Made by a program: the position numbers and the translations under genes. Below, piece by piece: positions 1-14,200 of a stretch of DNA of 64,000 nucleotides. The notes under the pieces were generated by a model that saw only the letters and a program-made list of their open reading frames with translations, searched no databases and was not told where the DNA came from. Numbering within the stretch: the first letter of the stretch is position 1; each line of letters begins with the position of its first letter. The DNA comes from Cercozoa sp. M6MM. Lineage: Eukaryota > Protista > Endomyxa: Ascetosporea. Location of the stretch: the NCBI GenBank assembly GCA_040357565.1, contig JBDODJ010000029.1. One strand, 5' to 3'.

Positions 1-248
1 AAGGCGATCGTTGTTCAGTGCTACAGTAAGTCAATTGCGATCCCCCCCCCCACCTTTTTCCCAACAACAACCGAACTGCTCGTGCTGCCTCAGCATCTTG
101 ATTGTAGCGGGGTGTTGCGTCGTCAGGACTTGCTGATCGCTTCAGTCGGAATAAAATCTTAAAAAAGGCCAAGCGATTACGTGCGCGCACTAGTAGAAAC
201 CGGATCGCAAGTCGACGGTCGTCCCGAAAACCGGCGGGTTCACCAGGA

Positions 249-2380
249 TTAAGCACCAGTGCGGTTGCGCTTGCGGAAGGTGAGGGCACGGTCGGCGTAC
301 GGCTTGCGGCCGACGATACTGCGCAAAGGAAAGGTTAGTTGCAAAACTGAGACAGTTAAGGGACGAGTCTACCCGCCCATGGACTCCATCTCACGGCGCA
401 GCGGAAGCAGCTCCGTCACCGTGGCGTGACGCATCAGACCGCATCGGTCTCTCACGCGTACCTACAGGAGGTGCATTTGCCAGACCTGGGGGAGCATAGA
501 TAACAGAGGTAGGCAGGATACATGCGGGCCGTCGCGAGGGTTGCTCTTGGACAGATCGACGATAGCGACGTCATGCCGCATGGGCGACGTGGCTGGAATG
601 CCCGGAATGCACTTACCACTGCCGGGACCCCACTTGGGCGCGTGCCACAGTGCCACCTGAGATACAGTCGAACACATACAGTAACATAGGTAACACTTGA
701 TCTTTAGAAGGCGCGGGGTACCAGGTCCTTGCGGCGAAGTGTGCTACGCGAAGCACGTCGCACGTCGAGCTTCTCCGAGTACCGGCGAAGGATGCCTACC
801 AGCCAGGAAATGGAGAGTGGTCGGGTCAACTGGGGTGTCAACGAAGCACTCACCGTGCACGTCCGCGCGGTTGGGCTGCATGTGACTCTTGCCGGTCTCC
901 CAGTCGTAGCCCTGCAGTGGGTACACCTTCTGCGGGTTGATGTCGTTGGCGCCGCGAGCGCGCTCCACCATGAACTGGATCGACAGGTCGAGTTCCACAC
1001 CTATCGCAGGAGGTTAACACTCTTCTCAACCAGGACAGGACAGGACACACACACACACGCACAGAACGAGAGACAGAGACTAAAGACATACCTTGTCGCG
1101 TGAGGTTGTCGATCTCGTGACCATCCTCGATGATGGCCTCCACCTGTCCACACACAACACAGCATCTCCTATATCTCCCCACCCATAGGAAACCAACTGG
1201 TGCTGTCCATTGCTACCATGCGCTTCTGCAGACCAAAGGTGCGCGACAGTCGCTCGACCGACCAGTTGTTGGGCTCCCACTTGTACCTGCACAGGAGGAA
1301 GGTTGATGTAAACAAACTTAAGGGTGTACACCATATGAAACTCGGCTGTACATATGGTAGATGGCCATTTGCGTGCCAAACTTGAGCACCGGCATGCGCG
1401 TGTACATCCACCTGCAGACAAGGTAAAGTAGTAGTGGGAGGGGGGTAAAACAAGAGGTTACGTGTGTGTGCGTCGGTCAAAGACGACAGGAGCGCGCGGG
1501 TCCTTGTACAGCACGGCCTGCTTCTCGAAGGTGGCCGACTCGGAGTCGTCTTTAAGGCGATGGCGCATATCGGTCACCTCCTCTTCAAGTGGCTTGCTTC
1601 GCGGATAGAACCGACGCCAAAAACGCTTGTTCTCCAAGTGCTTTCGCATGGCTTGGTCCGCCCTGCGCACACATATCGACATCGCGCATGGGTTGTAAGG
1701 CAGGGGGGTATGACTCACATTGTCTGGTGTTTTTGGGGAATCAACTCGTCCAGCTCCGCTTGCTCGCGCTCTTCGCTCAGTTTGGCCACTTGTTTTTGGA
1801 ACTGAGCACACAAGGCGATGTACAACGGCACCATGCTGGACACACGAAAGGCAACATGATTGGTACCTCCGCCTGAGGCACAAAGGCCGCCGTAAACGCC
1901 CTGCCCGACGAAGTGTAGCTCTTCTGCTCCATGCTCGGCTTCTTCTCGACGTCGATTTCCTTCGACAGATCGTAACCCTCTGCACCATTAAAACAGACAT
2001 ACGCACGATTACGGAGTAAGCACAAGCACCGAGTACCGAGAATCGGCGGCATCAGCGTCTCTTTGGCACCAGTGACCTGCAGCTTGCCGATCTTGTCCGG
2101 TGTATACTTCTTCTTTGGCCTGTGACTGCCCTGGTAGCGCTCCCGCGCCGCCAGACCTCGTCGTCCTGCACAACACAATTCGATCACACAAACGGAACAA
2201 CTTCGTAGTGAAAAACATCGCTAGAGCCAAACAAGTGTAAAATCGACTGCTTGGTAGTGCATGCCAAAAACACGGCGTGCTCATCCATGCGGGATCTAGC
2301 CGCAGGCTGCGATTCGAAGCGAGTGACTTACCGAGACCTGACAAAGCGCGCGTCACAGCGCGTGCATTAACCGCCGACAT
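249..2380 (-). CDS. Mitochondrial ribosomal protein mS45-like (spliced)
   Basis: Manual GT-AG splicing gives MSAVNARAVTRALSGLGRRGL (targeting-peptide-like), YHMYKWEPNNWSVERLSRTFGLQKRMVEAII and C-terminal VRVRDRCGLMRHATVTE; these resemble the mS45 'W.VE.LA..YG' and 'VR...G.LR.AT..E' motifs. Stop TAA at 249-251. Confidence 0.6.
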
Positions 2381-2555
2381 CTCTCACGAGATACTGTCAC
2401 ACGCCGGTGAGTAGTGCTCTGGCGCGCGGTGTAGGTGCTGATCGACCTGCGGACTTAAGCAAAAACACTTAAGGTTGCGTTACAATTCTGCGGTACATAC
2501 ACTGCACTTGACACCGGCGTACAAACGTGAGTGTTTAAAATCAAGAACATATAAA

Positions 2556-3058
2556 ATGTCGTTTGCCGCGACTACTCAGCTGTAATTCCCATTGCAGGTC
2601 AATGTGGTCTTGTATTTTTGTGCGGTTTTATTCTCTGCGTGCTCGTGCAGGATTGGAGTGATCGGCGACAAGGACATTGTGGCAGGTCTGCTGCTAACCG
2701 GTATTGGGCAGCGTGACCGAAATGGCAACACCTCGTGGTTCACCGTGGTACTGTTGGCTACGACCGTCTGGCAGTCCTTTATCTAGCTATATATATAAAC
2801 AGGAAAGCAGCACGACAGACGAGCAGTTGGAGCAAGCGTTCCGGCAACTCAGCTCGCGCTCAGATATTGGCATTCTGCTGGTGACGTTCCCTGTGGCCGA
2901 TCGCATCAGACATCTGATCGACGCATTCGAGGTACATCTGTCATTGAGTGACCTGAGGGTTCTGTTGTGCATGTACCAAACGAGCAGGCTACAACGCCAG
3001 TGGTTCTCGAAATCCCCAGCAAGGACGCCAAGTACGACCCGTAGGCTTTCACTGCGTG

Positions 3059-3109
<51 letters not shown>

Positions 3110-3173
3110 GCACGTCTGCTGCAGGAGCGCCGATCCCGTGTTCCAGCGCGTGCGTGCACTGCTCGGCAAGTGA
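2556..3173 (+). CDS. ATP6V1F: V-type ATPase subunit F (4 introns)
   Basis: Spliced: LIGVIGDKDIVAGLLLTGIG...DIGILLV...IRHLIDAF...PVVLEIPSKDAKYDPSADPVFQRVRALLGK*. Confidence 0.95.
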
Positions 3174-3373
3174 ATCTGGGCTGTTCCGCCCAGCGCTACC
3201 GTTTTCATTTGCCGACATGTGTGCGGTGCTAGGTGGGCTGCTCTGCTCAGTCTGCACTGGACTCCTGCGACCTGCCTACGGCAAACATCGAAATTTATCG
3301 TAGTTCGCGTGATGATGCGTTCCGTTCCATGAAGCTAACATGATATACCTGCTAGTTTTGTACGTATACCCTT

Positions 3374-3573
3374 TGGGAAGTTGAACCACAAGTTTAAATT
3401 CACATGCTGGCCCGTCTGGAATCGGTAAATGCGTGATGGCGCAAATTGCGCTCATTCCGTCTTGAATTCGAAGCGCACTTCGCTTGTTTCATTTTAAGCC
3501 CACTGGCAGGTCTGTATTGTTCAACTTCCCAGAACCCAATGGCCCGCGCCACCCGAAGCGGGGCGGTGGGCCA
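3374..3573 (-). other. Structured intergenic element (13-bp inverted repeat plus GC hairpin)
   Basis: tgggaagttgaac (3374-3386) and gttcaacttccca (3519-3531) are perfect inverted repeats enclosing smaller hairpins. The hairpin at 3540-3573 reads cUUCGg on the - strand. Confidence 0.4.
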
Positions 3574-3754
3574 CCCGCGCTTATACCCCAGGACTGGTAC
3601 AGGGAAACTACATAGTTAGTTTCTTAGTAAACTGAACTAACTTCACAGAACCTAGCCGAACGAAGTTTCCGCGAAGAGCTTCAGTTTGACCCTAAATCGG
3701 AAGATCGGTTCGCGTCGGAACGTACGTAACTCGGAATACCGCCTGAAGACCGGC

Positions 3755-5140
3755 CTAGACCGCAAGCGACTTGAGCCGTGACGCAATACCCGACGTCGCC
3801 GTCTCTGTCTGTGCAGAGAAATCATGCTACACGGGAAGGAGCGAAGGTAAGAAGGGACAGAGTTACTTTCTCAGGCAGTGCTGAACCGGCTTCGGGCACA
3901 TGTCCTGGCATGGGTTCCAGCGCACTGTGCTCGCACTGACCCTGGTACCTGTTCCATAGGGAGAATACTGAGGCAGAAACAACAGATACAAAGGCGAAGC
4001 AAGATATACATTGGCGACGGGTACTCGCAGAGTGTTGTCGGATCGTAGGCAGCCAGCGGGTTCTCCACTACATGGATTGATTCATACGGGGCAAGCAGCA
4101 GGTGCACGGACAGAGAAACAGGGTCACCAGCAGGCAGAGCCTCGGGGTTCGCAAAGCCGTCCATCGTTGGCGACGTCGACAACTCACTCTGCTGACACAC
4201 GTGTACATACTCAAATACATACACCCACAGACATACACCCACAGACATACACACACACTGACACAGATACAAGTACACATATCGACTAGTACAGATCCAT
4301 GCGGCTGCTGGTGATGCTGCTGTCGCTGCTGCTGTCGACGCGACAGTTTCTCGTTGCTGCTCAGGTCGAGCGACGGCATGATGCTCTGTAAACATACAAC
4401 ACAGATAAAGCATGTACACACCCTATGCACACCTTAAGCATACTTATACAGACACACACACAGGGCTGTGTTACGCGATTCATGCCGCCCACGGGTGTCT
4501 TCCGCGACAGCACGCAGTCGCGCATCATGACCGACGGCGACGGGTGCTGCACCGTCGGCAGGCCGCGATAGCCATCGCTACGAGTGTGGACAGGTAGGTG
4601 GGAAAAGTAAGCAGTGTGGTAAACAGGGCAAGTAGATAAGGGAGACGGGTAGGTAAGGATACTTAGGACTCGGCAGACCGCGGTGATTTAATGGCACCGA
4701 CAGCTAGGTACGCATTCATGCCATAAAATAAACAGGGGGAGGGGTGTATGCATGTCCATGTGTCTGTACGGTACCGGGTGAGGATTGCTGTTTCCACTAA
4801 TGCCACTGCTGCTGATGCTGGTGGGGCCACGCAGTGAACGCATCGGCGAAAAGCCCGCGTCCGACGAAGTCGTGCTCGTGGGCCGTGACAGCGGCGGCCG
4901 TGAGTCTGACTGCTCGCACAGTGCATATGGCATGCACACAGTCATCATAGCACCCTCCAAAAGAGCTGGTACTGGAACAGTGATCTGCAGTGGCGTCATC
5001 TTGTCGCCGCTACTCCGATTTAACACCTACTCCAGCACACCAAACACAATGCCTGGAAGCAATACTCGCCACACGGAAAGGTAGTGTACCTGCATGGGCG
5101 ACCGCATCGGCGAACGGCGGGGCGAGAATTCGCGCGACAT
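3755..5140 (-). CDS. Hypothetical Ser/Pro/Gln-rich, probably disordered protein (spliced)
   Basis: Exons join from MSREFSPRRSPMRSPMQ to ...IASRLKSLAV* at GT-AG sites; one junction was not fully resolved. No recognisable domain. Confidence 0.55.
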
Positions 5141-5774
5141 CGTGTCTGCCTATTGCTTCTTTCTGTACCGAAAAAGCAATACAGGTCGTGTGGCAAGCTT
5201 CGGAAAACCAAATTTGGGGAAGAAACCAAGGCGAAAAGACCAAGGGCACCAAATGGTTTGGTGCAACTTAAGTTACGCGCACGTAATCAGCCCAAAGCAC
5301 AATATCCAGCGCCTAACACCAGCTAGGGCACAAACACACACCCACGCAGCTCATCTGAAAAAGCAATGAAAAAAAGACCGCTCTGATGGGGGCCGCAAGC
5401 GTGCAAAATAGGTTAAAGCGAGCGCACTCTGACACTTGTAGCACGGTCCAACGAGCAGAGAGGCAACAGACGAAAATGCAAAAAAGGGTCCCAGCTGAGT
5501 GATCTCCTCTGTCTTGTGATCCCGTATCAATCGAAAACAATGAAGGCAACATCATCATCTTCTGCTGTCCAGTTGTACGTATCGGAGCCCATGTACATTG
5601 TGCTGACAGACCCCTAGAAGCATACAGACAGGTTCTCTGAGTGCTTGGGTGGTGCTGTTTACTTTCTAGGGCTGCGAGGGACAATCGTCCGGTTTTAGAA
5701 CCAAGGCGCGGGTAAAATAGGGGCACTTTTTCAGTACCAAGTCCGACGCAGCCTGGGCGTGACATTGCTCGCCT

Positions 5775-8700
5775 ATGGGCAATCCCTACCGCACGCACCG
5801 TCGTTCGCGACAGACGCGTGGTCTGGATGACGACGAGTTCGCTCGATGGTACCCTGGAAACACCCTGAGTGATGCTAAAGGTGACATTAACGTTTTGATT
5901 TGCCAGGCGTACCCGCGGACGGAACCAGCCGCGCGGAAACGGCGCCGAGGGAGATGAGCGTCGAATGACGGCAGCTGAGGAGAAACGCGCGTTTTTGGTG
6001 TCGAAACTCAAGCGCGACAACGCGCAGAACGACGCGTTCGGCTTTCGCGACTTTGCGACGCTCGGCGGCGCTGATGTCGACGGCGAAAGTACGCCGTTTG
6101 CCTCATTTCCCCCATCTGCCCTGAACCCCTTCGCTTTCTTCTCTTTTTACTCCTTGATTCCTGTTGTGTTCCCTTAAACCTTTCTGACTTTTACCCCTGC
6201 GCAGGCCATGAGCGCGAGGCCTTCTTGTACAACATGCATGCGACGCATCTCATTGCGAGCGACGGCGACGAGAGTGCGCCTTTGCTTGTGCTTCGTTTTG
6301 CTCTCCTTTACTCCCTTCCTCTCTGTCCTTCTCTTTGTGCCTCACTTTATATGCCCTGCTAAACCTTTCCCCCTACCCGCCTACCACTGTCCCAGAGTGC
6401 ACTGGCGATGTACTTCACCAACGACGACGGCGAAGTGTTCCGTGCCATTCGCGCCTTTCGTCCCTACCTGCTGCTGCGGTACGTTTGGACCACTGTCTTG
6501 ACCGTTTAAGGAGACAACGTATCTTTGTTAAAGGTGCGTTGAATTTAATTTACTTCTTTTTTTGATAGGTGCGCGGAACCACTGATTCTGCAAGTGCGCT
6601 CGCTCGTCCAGGTTTGCTGTCTCTGATCTTTTTTTTTTAACCCCATACGCCCTACCTTCTTTACCCCTTTACCTCTTTATCTCTTTAATCGTTGCTCGTT
6701 TGGCCCCCTATTAAACAGAAGCAGCACGAGAAAGAGATCGCCAGTGTCGAAATCATCGACCGACTCGACCTCGATCAGAAGGTGTGTGTGTGTGTGTGTG
6801 CATTGTATGTGTGTGTGTGTGCATTGTGTGTGCATACGTACCGTCCATTTGTACATGTATATCGTCCATCTGTACATGTTTATGTTTTGTGCGTACATGT
6901 GGACAGAACCACCTGAGTGGACTGCGACGTCGCTACCTCAAGATCAGCACGCTGAATCAGGAGCAGCTGTTGCGCGTGCGTCGCGCTCTGCTGCCGCTGG
7001 TGCGTTTTGTCCATCCCATCCACCTCTCCTCTTTCACCCGTGTCTTGTGTGTGTGTGTATGTGTGTATGTGTGTGTATGTGTGTGTGTGTTGTGCACAGA
7101 TCGAGCGCAATCAGAAGGAGAAACGACATGAGGCGTTTGAGGTACTCAGCTTGGCCGCTGATTCACTTGGCCCCTTGCCTCTCTACTCCCGCCCCTTTAC
7201 CTCTCTTACCCCCTTCCCAGGGCGAAGGAAGCGAGATCCGCAGCGCCGACGCCGCGCTGAGCACGCTCGCCGGCGACTTGACGCGCGCGCTGTTCGAATT
7301 GCGCGAGTACGACTACGACTACGTGGTACACATGGACCGTACGCATGGACTTACACATGGACCTTACACATGGGCCGTACACATGGACCGTGCTCATTGG
7401 CACATGCTCACCTTCTGTGTTTGTTGTGGTTGAACAGGTACGTGCGGCTATCGATCTCGACATTCGCGTCGGAAAGTGGTTCATTGTGCGACGCGACCCG
7501 GCGGATGAGCGGCAGGTAATTGGCCCCCTCTTACCCCCTCCTCCCTCTTACCCTCTCGTACCCCCCCCCCCCCGACAGGTACTGGTGTCGCCGCACCCGT
7601 CGAAGGAGATGCGACCGGACCTGCGAGTCATGGCCTTCGATATCGAAACCACCAAGCCACCTCTCAAATTTCCGGATGTAACCTCACTCCTCAGTTAACC
7701 CTTGGCCCTTGACCCCCCCCCCCGAGTAGCCGGAGAAGAACCGCATCATGATGCTGTCCTACATGACCGACGGCCAGGGATACCTACTGGTGAATCGAGA
7801 GGTACGTCCATATGTGTGTGTGTATGTGTCCATATATGTGTATGTGTCCATATGTGTGTCCATGTTTGTATATGTACCCTACACGTACAACAGGTGGTCA
7901 GCGAGGACATCAATGATTTTGACTACACACCTAAGCCTGAGGTAAAATTTCCCTGCCCTATCCCCCATTCCCATCCCCATTCCCCTATCCCCCATCCCCC
8001 ATCCCCATCCCCCATCCCTCTAGTACCCGGGTGCCTTCATCGTGCACAATCTGCCGACGGAGCGCGCGCTGCTGCAGCATTGGTTCGAACATATCCGCGA
8101 GGCGCCGCCGCTGGTAAATTGCGTTTTACCCCATCCCACTCTTACCCCCCCCCCCACTCTTACCCCCCCCCCGTAGGTGTACGCGACGTACAATGGCGAC
8201 TTTTTCGACTGGCCCTTCATCGAGCGTCGTGCCAAGGAATACGTACCAACCCTTCTGACTGACTGAGTGACTGACTGAGTGCCTGACTGAGTGCCGGACT
8301 AAGTGACCATGTGGCTACCCTGAGTGACCACGTGAATGTGACCACCTGTAGGACATGGTGCTGCGCGAGGAGATTGGCGTCTGGTGCGAGAGTCGGCGCA
8401 GTGGCAACGCCAAGACCGGCAACCAGAAGGACGGCGAGTACATGGGCCGCTTCTCCGTGCACATCGACTGTCTCTGCTGGGTGCTTTACCTCCTACCCTC
8501 CTCCCTGATTGCCGCCTTGTTGACCCCCTTGCCCACTCCTTACTCCCTTACCCCCCTACCTCTCAGGTGAAGCGCGACAGCTACCTGCCGCAGGGCAGTC
8601 AGTCGCTCAAGGTGGTCACTGTAAAGAAACTTGGCTACAATCCGGTACACCTTTTGTGCGGTCCATGTGTACCTGTATTTGTTAAGGGGGTGTTTTAATA

Positions 8701-11228
8701 GGTCGAACTCGATCCGGAACTCATGGTGCCCTACGCCTACGAGAAACCGGTACGCTTTATTCTATTGTTTGTAGCTCCTTACCCTTTACCCCTCCCCTCC
8801 TGTACAGCAAGAGTTGTCGACGTACTCAGTGTCGGACGCATTGGCCACTGTAGTTTACCCCCCCCCCGCGGGGGGGGGGGGGGGGTGGGCCCGTGCCCCC
8901 CCCCCCCCATGTGAGCAGTACCACTTGTACATGAAGTACGTCCACTTGTTCATCTTCTCGTTGTGCAACGTCATTCCGATGCCTGCTGCCGATGTGCTGC
9001 GCAAGGTGCCCACTCTCTCTTTACCCCTCCCCTTCCCTTTCCCTCCCCTTACCTTCCCCTCTCCTTCCCTTCCCCTCCTTACCTTCTCCTCCCCTTCCCT
9101 TCCCCCCCTTTCCCTCCCCTTCCCTTCCTCTCCCCTTCCCTTCCCCTCCCCTTCTACCTCCTCTTTCTCCTTCTTACCCTGACTGCAGGGCAGTGGTACA
9201 CTGTGCGAGTCGTTGCTCATGGTGCAAGCGGCCGACAAGGAAATCGTGGCGCCTAACAAGCAGGTTCTGCCTCCTCCCAGCCCCCCGTCCACTCACTGCT
9301 TACCCTGTTTACCCCCCCCCCCCCACAGGTCGACACGCCATTCCAAATTCGCGACGGCCGAGTGCTCGAAAACGAGACCTACATCGGCGGCCATGTATGC
9401 CCTTTACCCTTNNNNNNNNNNNNNNNNNNNNNNNNNNNNNNNNNNNNNNNNNNNNNNNNNNNNNNNNNNNNNNNNNNNNNNNNNNNNNNNNNNNNNNNNN
9501 NNNNNNNNNNNCCCCCCCCCCCAGGTCGAGTGTATGGAGAGTGGCGTCTTTCGCGAGGACATGTACGTTTTACCCCCTTACCCCCCCCCCAGAACATGTG
9601 TTCCGGTGTACAGACCCATGCAGTTCCGAATCGTTCCGGCTGCCGTACAGGTACAGCAATGTGTCCAGATGGACGGAGTCATCTTATTGGTACTATGTTC
9701 ATATGGACTGGACTGCCTACACAGGAACTGATGGACGAGCTGGACGAGTGTCTCAAGTTCACACTGGAGGTCGAGGAGAAAGTCGCGCTTGACACGGTCG
9801 CCAACTACGACGTAGCGCGGCTTTACCCCCCCCCCCCCATCCACCCTCATATTCCCGTTGACAGGAGGTGTACAACAAGATACGCAGCGAGCTGCAATAC
9901 ATGCGCGTACTGTCTTCATCTCCCTCTTTGTCTCTATCTCCTTACCCCCCGTTGGTCGGCAGGACAATCCCAAGTGCACATGCACACCGTTGCTGTACCA
10001 CCTGGACGTGAGCGCCATGTATCCCAACATCATTCTGACTAACCGTCTGCAACCGGCTGCTATTGTAGCCTCTGCCTTTGTTACCACCCTTGCCCCGTAC
10101 CCTTTTACCCCCCTGCCCAGGTGGACGACGAGACGTGCGCGCAGTGTGTCTACAACGACGACGTCGATGCTCACTGCAAGCGCGACCTCACGTGGAAGTG
10201 GCGCGGCAGCTACTACACCTTGGTGAGCTTTCCTGTTACTCCTTTACCCCCTCCTACCCATACTCTTACCCCTCTTTACCCACCTTTTACCTCACCTCGT
10301 GTAGTCTAAAGGCGAGTTCAAGATGATTCGCACGCAGTTAATGACGGGTACACCTTGCTCCCCACACTACCCCTCCGTTACCCTGGCATGGTGTAGAGAC
10401 CTTTCCGACCAGTACGATGCGACTGGACAGTGTGCGACTCAAGGGTATTGGGGCCCCCCCCCCCCCGACACCCCCTTTTGCCTCCTACTCCTTCATATGT
10501 ACAGAGGAGTACCCGACGACGATTCCGTATTTGAAACTGCCCGAGAAGGAGAAGCAGCGTCTGCTGCAGGTGCGTCTGTCCGTCTGTCCGCTCTATCCTC
10601 TTTGGACACCCTGTACAACCGGGCCATGTTGTACAATTGGACCCTTCGAATGCGTGTGGACAGGACCGTGTCAAAGCCTACAGTCAGAAGACCTACAAGC
10701 GCGTTACCAAGACTGTAACTTCACTTCCCCCTGCCCCTCTTACCCTCTTATTCATACCCCTTTGCCCCCCCCCCCCCCGAAGGAAGAGCGTTTGCGCACG
10801 TCGCGCGTGTGTCAGCGCGAGAACGCATTCTACGTCGACACGGTAAGTCTGCCATGTGTCCGACTGAGAGTGACCACCTGACTGGACGATCATCTGACTG
10901 GATGATCAACTGACTGAGAGTGACGGTTTGTGCAAGTAGGTGCGCAACTTCCGCGACCGTCGCTACGACTACAAGAAACTCACGCGCACCTGGAAGATCG
11001 TACCCGACGCTTTGTTCTGTTCGTGCTGGTGGTGTATTTTTAGTGTGTCCGCGCGGACAGAAAAAGGAGGAGGCACGCGACGATCTTGAGAGTCGCGACT
11101 GCGCCAAGATGGTATGTGTGTGTGTGTCCATGTGTGTATGTGTTTTATGTGTCTGTATTTGTGTATATATATGCGTGTTATATATACCTCTGTGCAATGC
11201 GTATATGCATGTGAGTATACATGTTTAA

Positions 11229-11261
<33 letters not shown>

Positions 11262-14200
11262 ACAGGTGACGCTGTACGACTCGCTGCAGCTGGCGCACAA
11301 GTGCATCCTAAACTCATTCTACGGTAGTGCTTACCCCCACCCCTTCGACCCCCTCTTACCCCTCCCCGCCCTGCCCAGGCTACATGATGCGACGCGGCGC
11401 GCGGTGGTTCTCGATGCCGGCCGCTGCAATCACAACGTACACGGGTACCCTGATCGTGTGTCCATTTGTACCCCGATGTGCATTGTTTGTACGCGTTGAT
11501 TTAAAGGTGCCGAAATCATTAAGGACGCGCGTATTCTGTGCGAGCAATTGGTACGCTGGTGCTGTGTGTTTTGCAGTCTTTAGCCTCCTTTACCCTCTCC
11601 CGGTGTAGGGCCGACCGTTGGAACTGGATACGGACGGTATCTGGTACACTCTTTTAACCTGGGGNNNNNNNNNNNNNNNNNNNNNNNNNNNNNNNNNNNN
11701 NNNNNNNNNNNNNNNNNNNNNNNNNNNNNNNNNNNNNNNNNNNNNNNNNNNNNNNNNNNNNNNNCCCCCCCCCCCCCCCCCCCCCGTCTATCTTGTGTTG
11801 TGTGCTTGCAGGGTGGCGTTGCCGAGTCACTTTCCGGAGGACTTTGTGTTCACGCTGACCAATGGTACTCTTGCCTCCCTTGCACCACCCAATCCCTGCC
11901 TTCTCTGTCTTATGTGTGCTTCCGGTAGGCAAGAAACTGAAGATCTCGTACCCGTGTTCGATGTTGAACGTACGAACGCATCGCAGGTACCCCTCTCGCG
12001 TCTGAGTTACCCCCCCCCCCCCCCTCTCTCTAGTGTTCTTGTGTAGGTTCAGCAACCTGCAGCACCAGGAGTGGGACCCTGTGGCCAAGCGATACCGTCG
12101 GTACTCCCGCCTGTCTTTTCTCTACCTGTGCTGTACCATCGAAAGTATGCTTGTACAATTAGGGAAACACTGTGCACGATCTACTTTGAAGTCGACGGTC
12201 CCTACCGATGCATGCTTGTACACTGTCACTTGAGTACATGTGCACGCTTATCAGTGATGTCTCTGTGGTGTCTGTCTGTGACACAGCTACCGGCCTCGCC
12301 TGAGGAAGGCAAGACGCTCAAAAAGGTACCTTCTCATGTGACCACACAGCCTGTGGCCACACTGCATAGATGTGAACATTGTGATGAAATGTCATCGAAC
12401 AGCGATACGTCGTGTACAACCGCGATGGCTCTCTCGCCGAACTCAAGGGTATCTACGAGTATGCCTCTCACTGCAGAAAGGCCACGCTGGTGTTGAGTGC
12501 AGGCTTTGAGTTGAAGCGACGTGGCGAGTTGCAGATCATCAAGCTCTTCCAGCAGGAGGTCTTCCCAGTTTTCATGCACGGCTCGACGCTGCTGCAGTGC
12601 TACGAGAGCGTCGCCAAGATCGCCGACCGCTGGCTCGACATTCTCGTGCGTTTGCTTTCTCACTTTCCTGGTGTGTTTTTGCCGTAACATTTTGACGCTG
12701 TGTTGCACGCAGATCAAGCGCGGTTCTGGTTTGTCTAAGGAGCAGTTGTTCGAACTCATCGCCGAGAAGAAAAACATGAGTGGCAAACTGGCCGACTACG
12801 CGGTACGTCTGCCCTAGTCAGGTCCCTTAGTCTCGGTAGCATGACTATGTGCAGGGCCAACGCAGTACGGCCATCACATGCGCACGACGGCTGGGCGAGT
12901 GTCTCGGCGCTGAGATGGTACTCTTTATCTAGAGGGAGTCACCTTGCATTGTTCCGATCACCCTACGGGTTCTACCCTGTGCAGATCGCGGACACGAGTC
13001 GGCTGCAGTGTCACTTTATCGTGGCCGCCAAACCGCATGGTCTGCAGGTCAGCGAGCGTGTCGTCCCACTGCAGATCTTTGACTGTACATTGGCGCTTTG
13101 TTGCATCTGCATACAGATAAGGACCTTGTGTGTCTGTGTCTGTGTATGTGTCTGTGTCTGTGTATGTGTGTGTGTGTGTGTGTGTGTGAAGGTGAACCCA
13201 AGAAGCGGCGTCATTTCTTGCGCAAGTGGCTCCAGGACCCGGGCGCAGCTGACGATGTACAGTTCTTTCAATCGGTCATGTTAGCACATGCAATGCGCAC
13301 GTGTTTTCTTCTCTCAGGCACTATCACCGCACGCCATTCTGGACTGGGATTACTACCTGCGTCGTCTCGGTATGCTGTGTTGACCATGACCAATATGTTG
13401 GTGGTGACTTGGCTGCTTGCCTTAGGTGCCTGCATTCAAAAGGTCATTGTTATCCCGGCCGCCATGCAGAAGGTACAGTTTGCACACGTTCCATACTATA
13501 GCTCTACACTGTGGCTCGAGCGATTTTCAGGTGAGCAACCCGGTGCCGCGCGTCGAGTACCCGGCCTGGCTCGCCAAGCGACTGCGGTAACCTGTTTGCA
13601 GGTGTATGCTCGTGTCTGAGAAGTACGTCATGTGCGTGTGTGTGTGAGTACAGAGAGGCAGACGCAAAGTTTAAGCAGCAAACGCTGGGTGATCGCTTTG
13701 GCTTCAAGCGCATGAACAAGGTAGTTTTGACTTGTGGCCGCGTTGTTGGTTTTGTTTTTCTTTTTCCTTTGTATTTGATTTGTAAAGACTGACTCGAACA
13801 AGAAACGTTTTCTCGAGATCGAGGACATTGGCCGTGCCAAACGCGTGTCCAGCAGTGATACGGACAGTGTTAAAGCCGAAAAGAAGGTGCGTTTGATGGT
13901 TGTTCGGATTTTGCGCGCCACCGGCGTGACTTGTGTTTTTAGGAACTGGAACCGGTGAAACCGAAGAACGTGGCGTTCCCGCCATCGAATGAGGTGCATC
14001 CACTTTCCCTCTCTCGTTGAGTGCTGTGGGCTGCATTTTGAGCATTCTCAGTTTGTTGTGTTGTGCTCAGGATCATCTGAAGCAGTTGCGCGCACTGTGG
14101 GCGTTCCAGCGTGCACAGCGACGCTCACGTGTCTCGGTCGCTTCGTGCGTTTCCCTCTCTGTCTTGCGCGCGTTTCTCCGCGATTGTGCTTTTCACATTT

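Noticed and set aside
6269-6400. Apparent non-canonical POLE intron bounded by AGAGTGC direct repeats
   Set aside because: Using the downstream donor (…CCT TTG CTT|gtgctt) gives a normal phase-0 GT-AG intron and an alignable protein.
8857-8908. Poly-C/poly-G palindrome in a POLE intron
   Set aside because: Homopolymer context of the kind that coincides with gaps elsewhere; likely low complexity or an assembly artefact.
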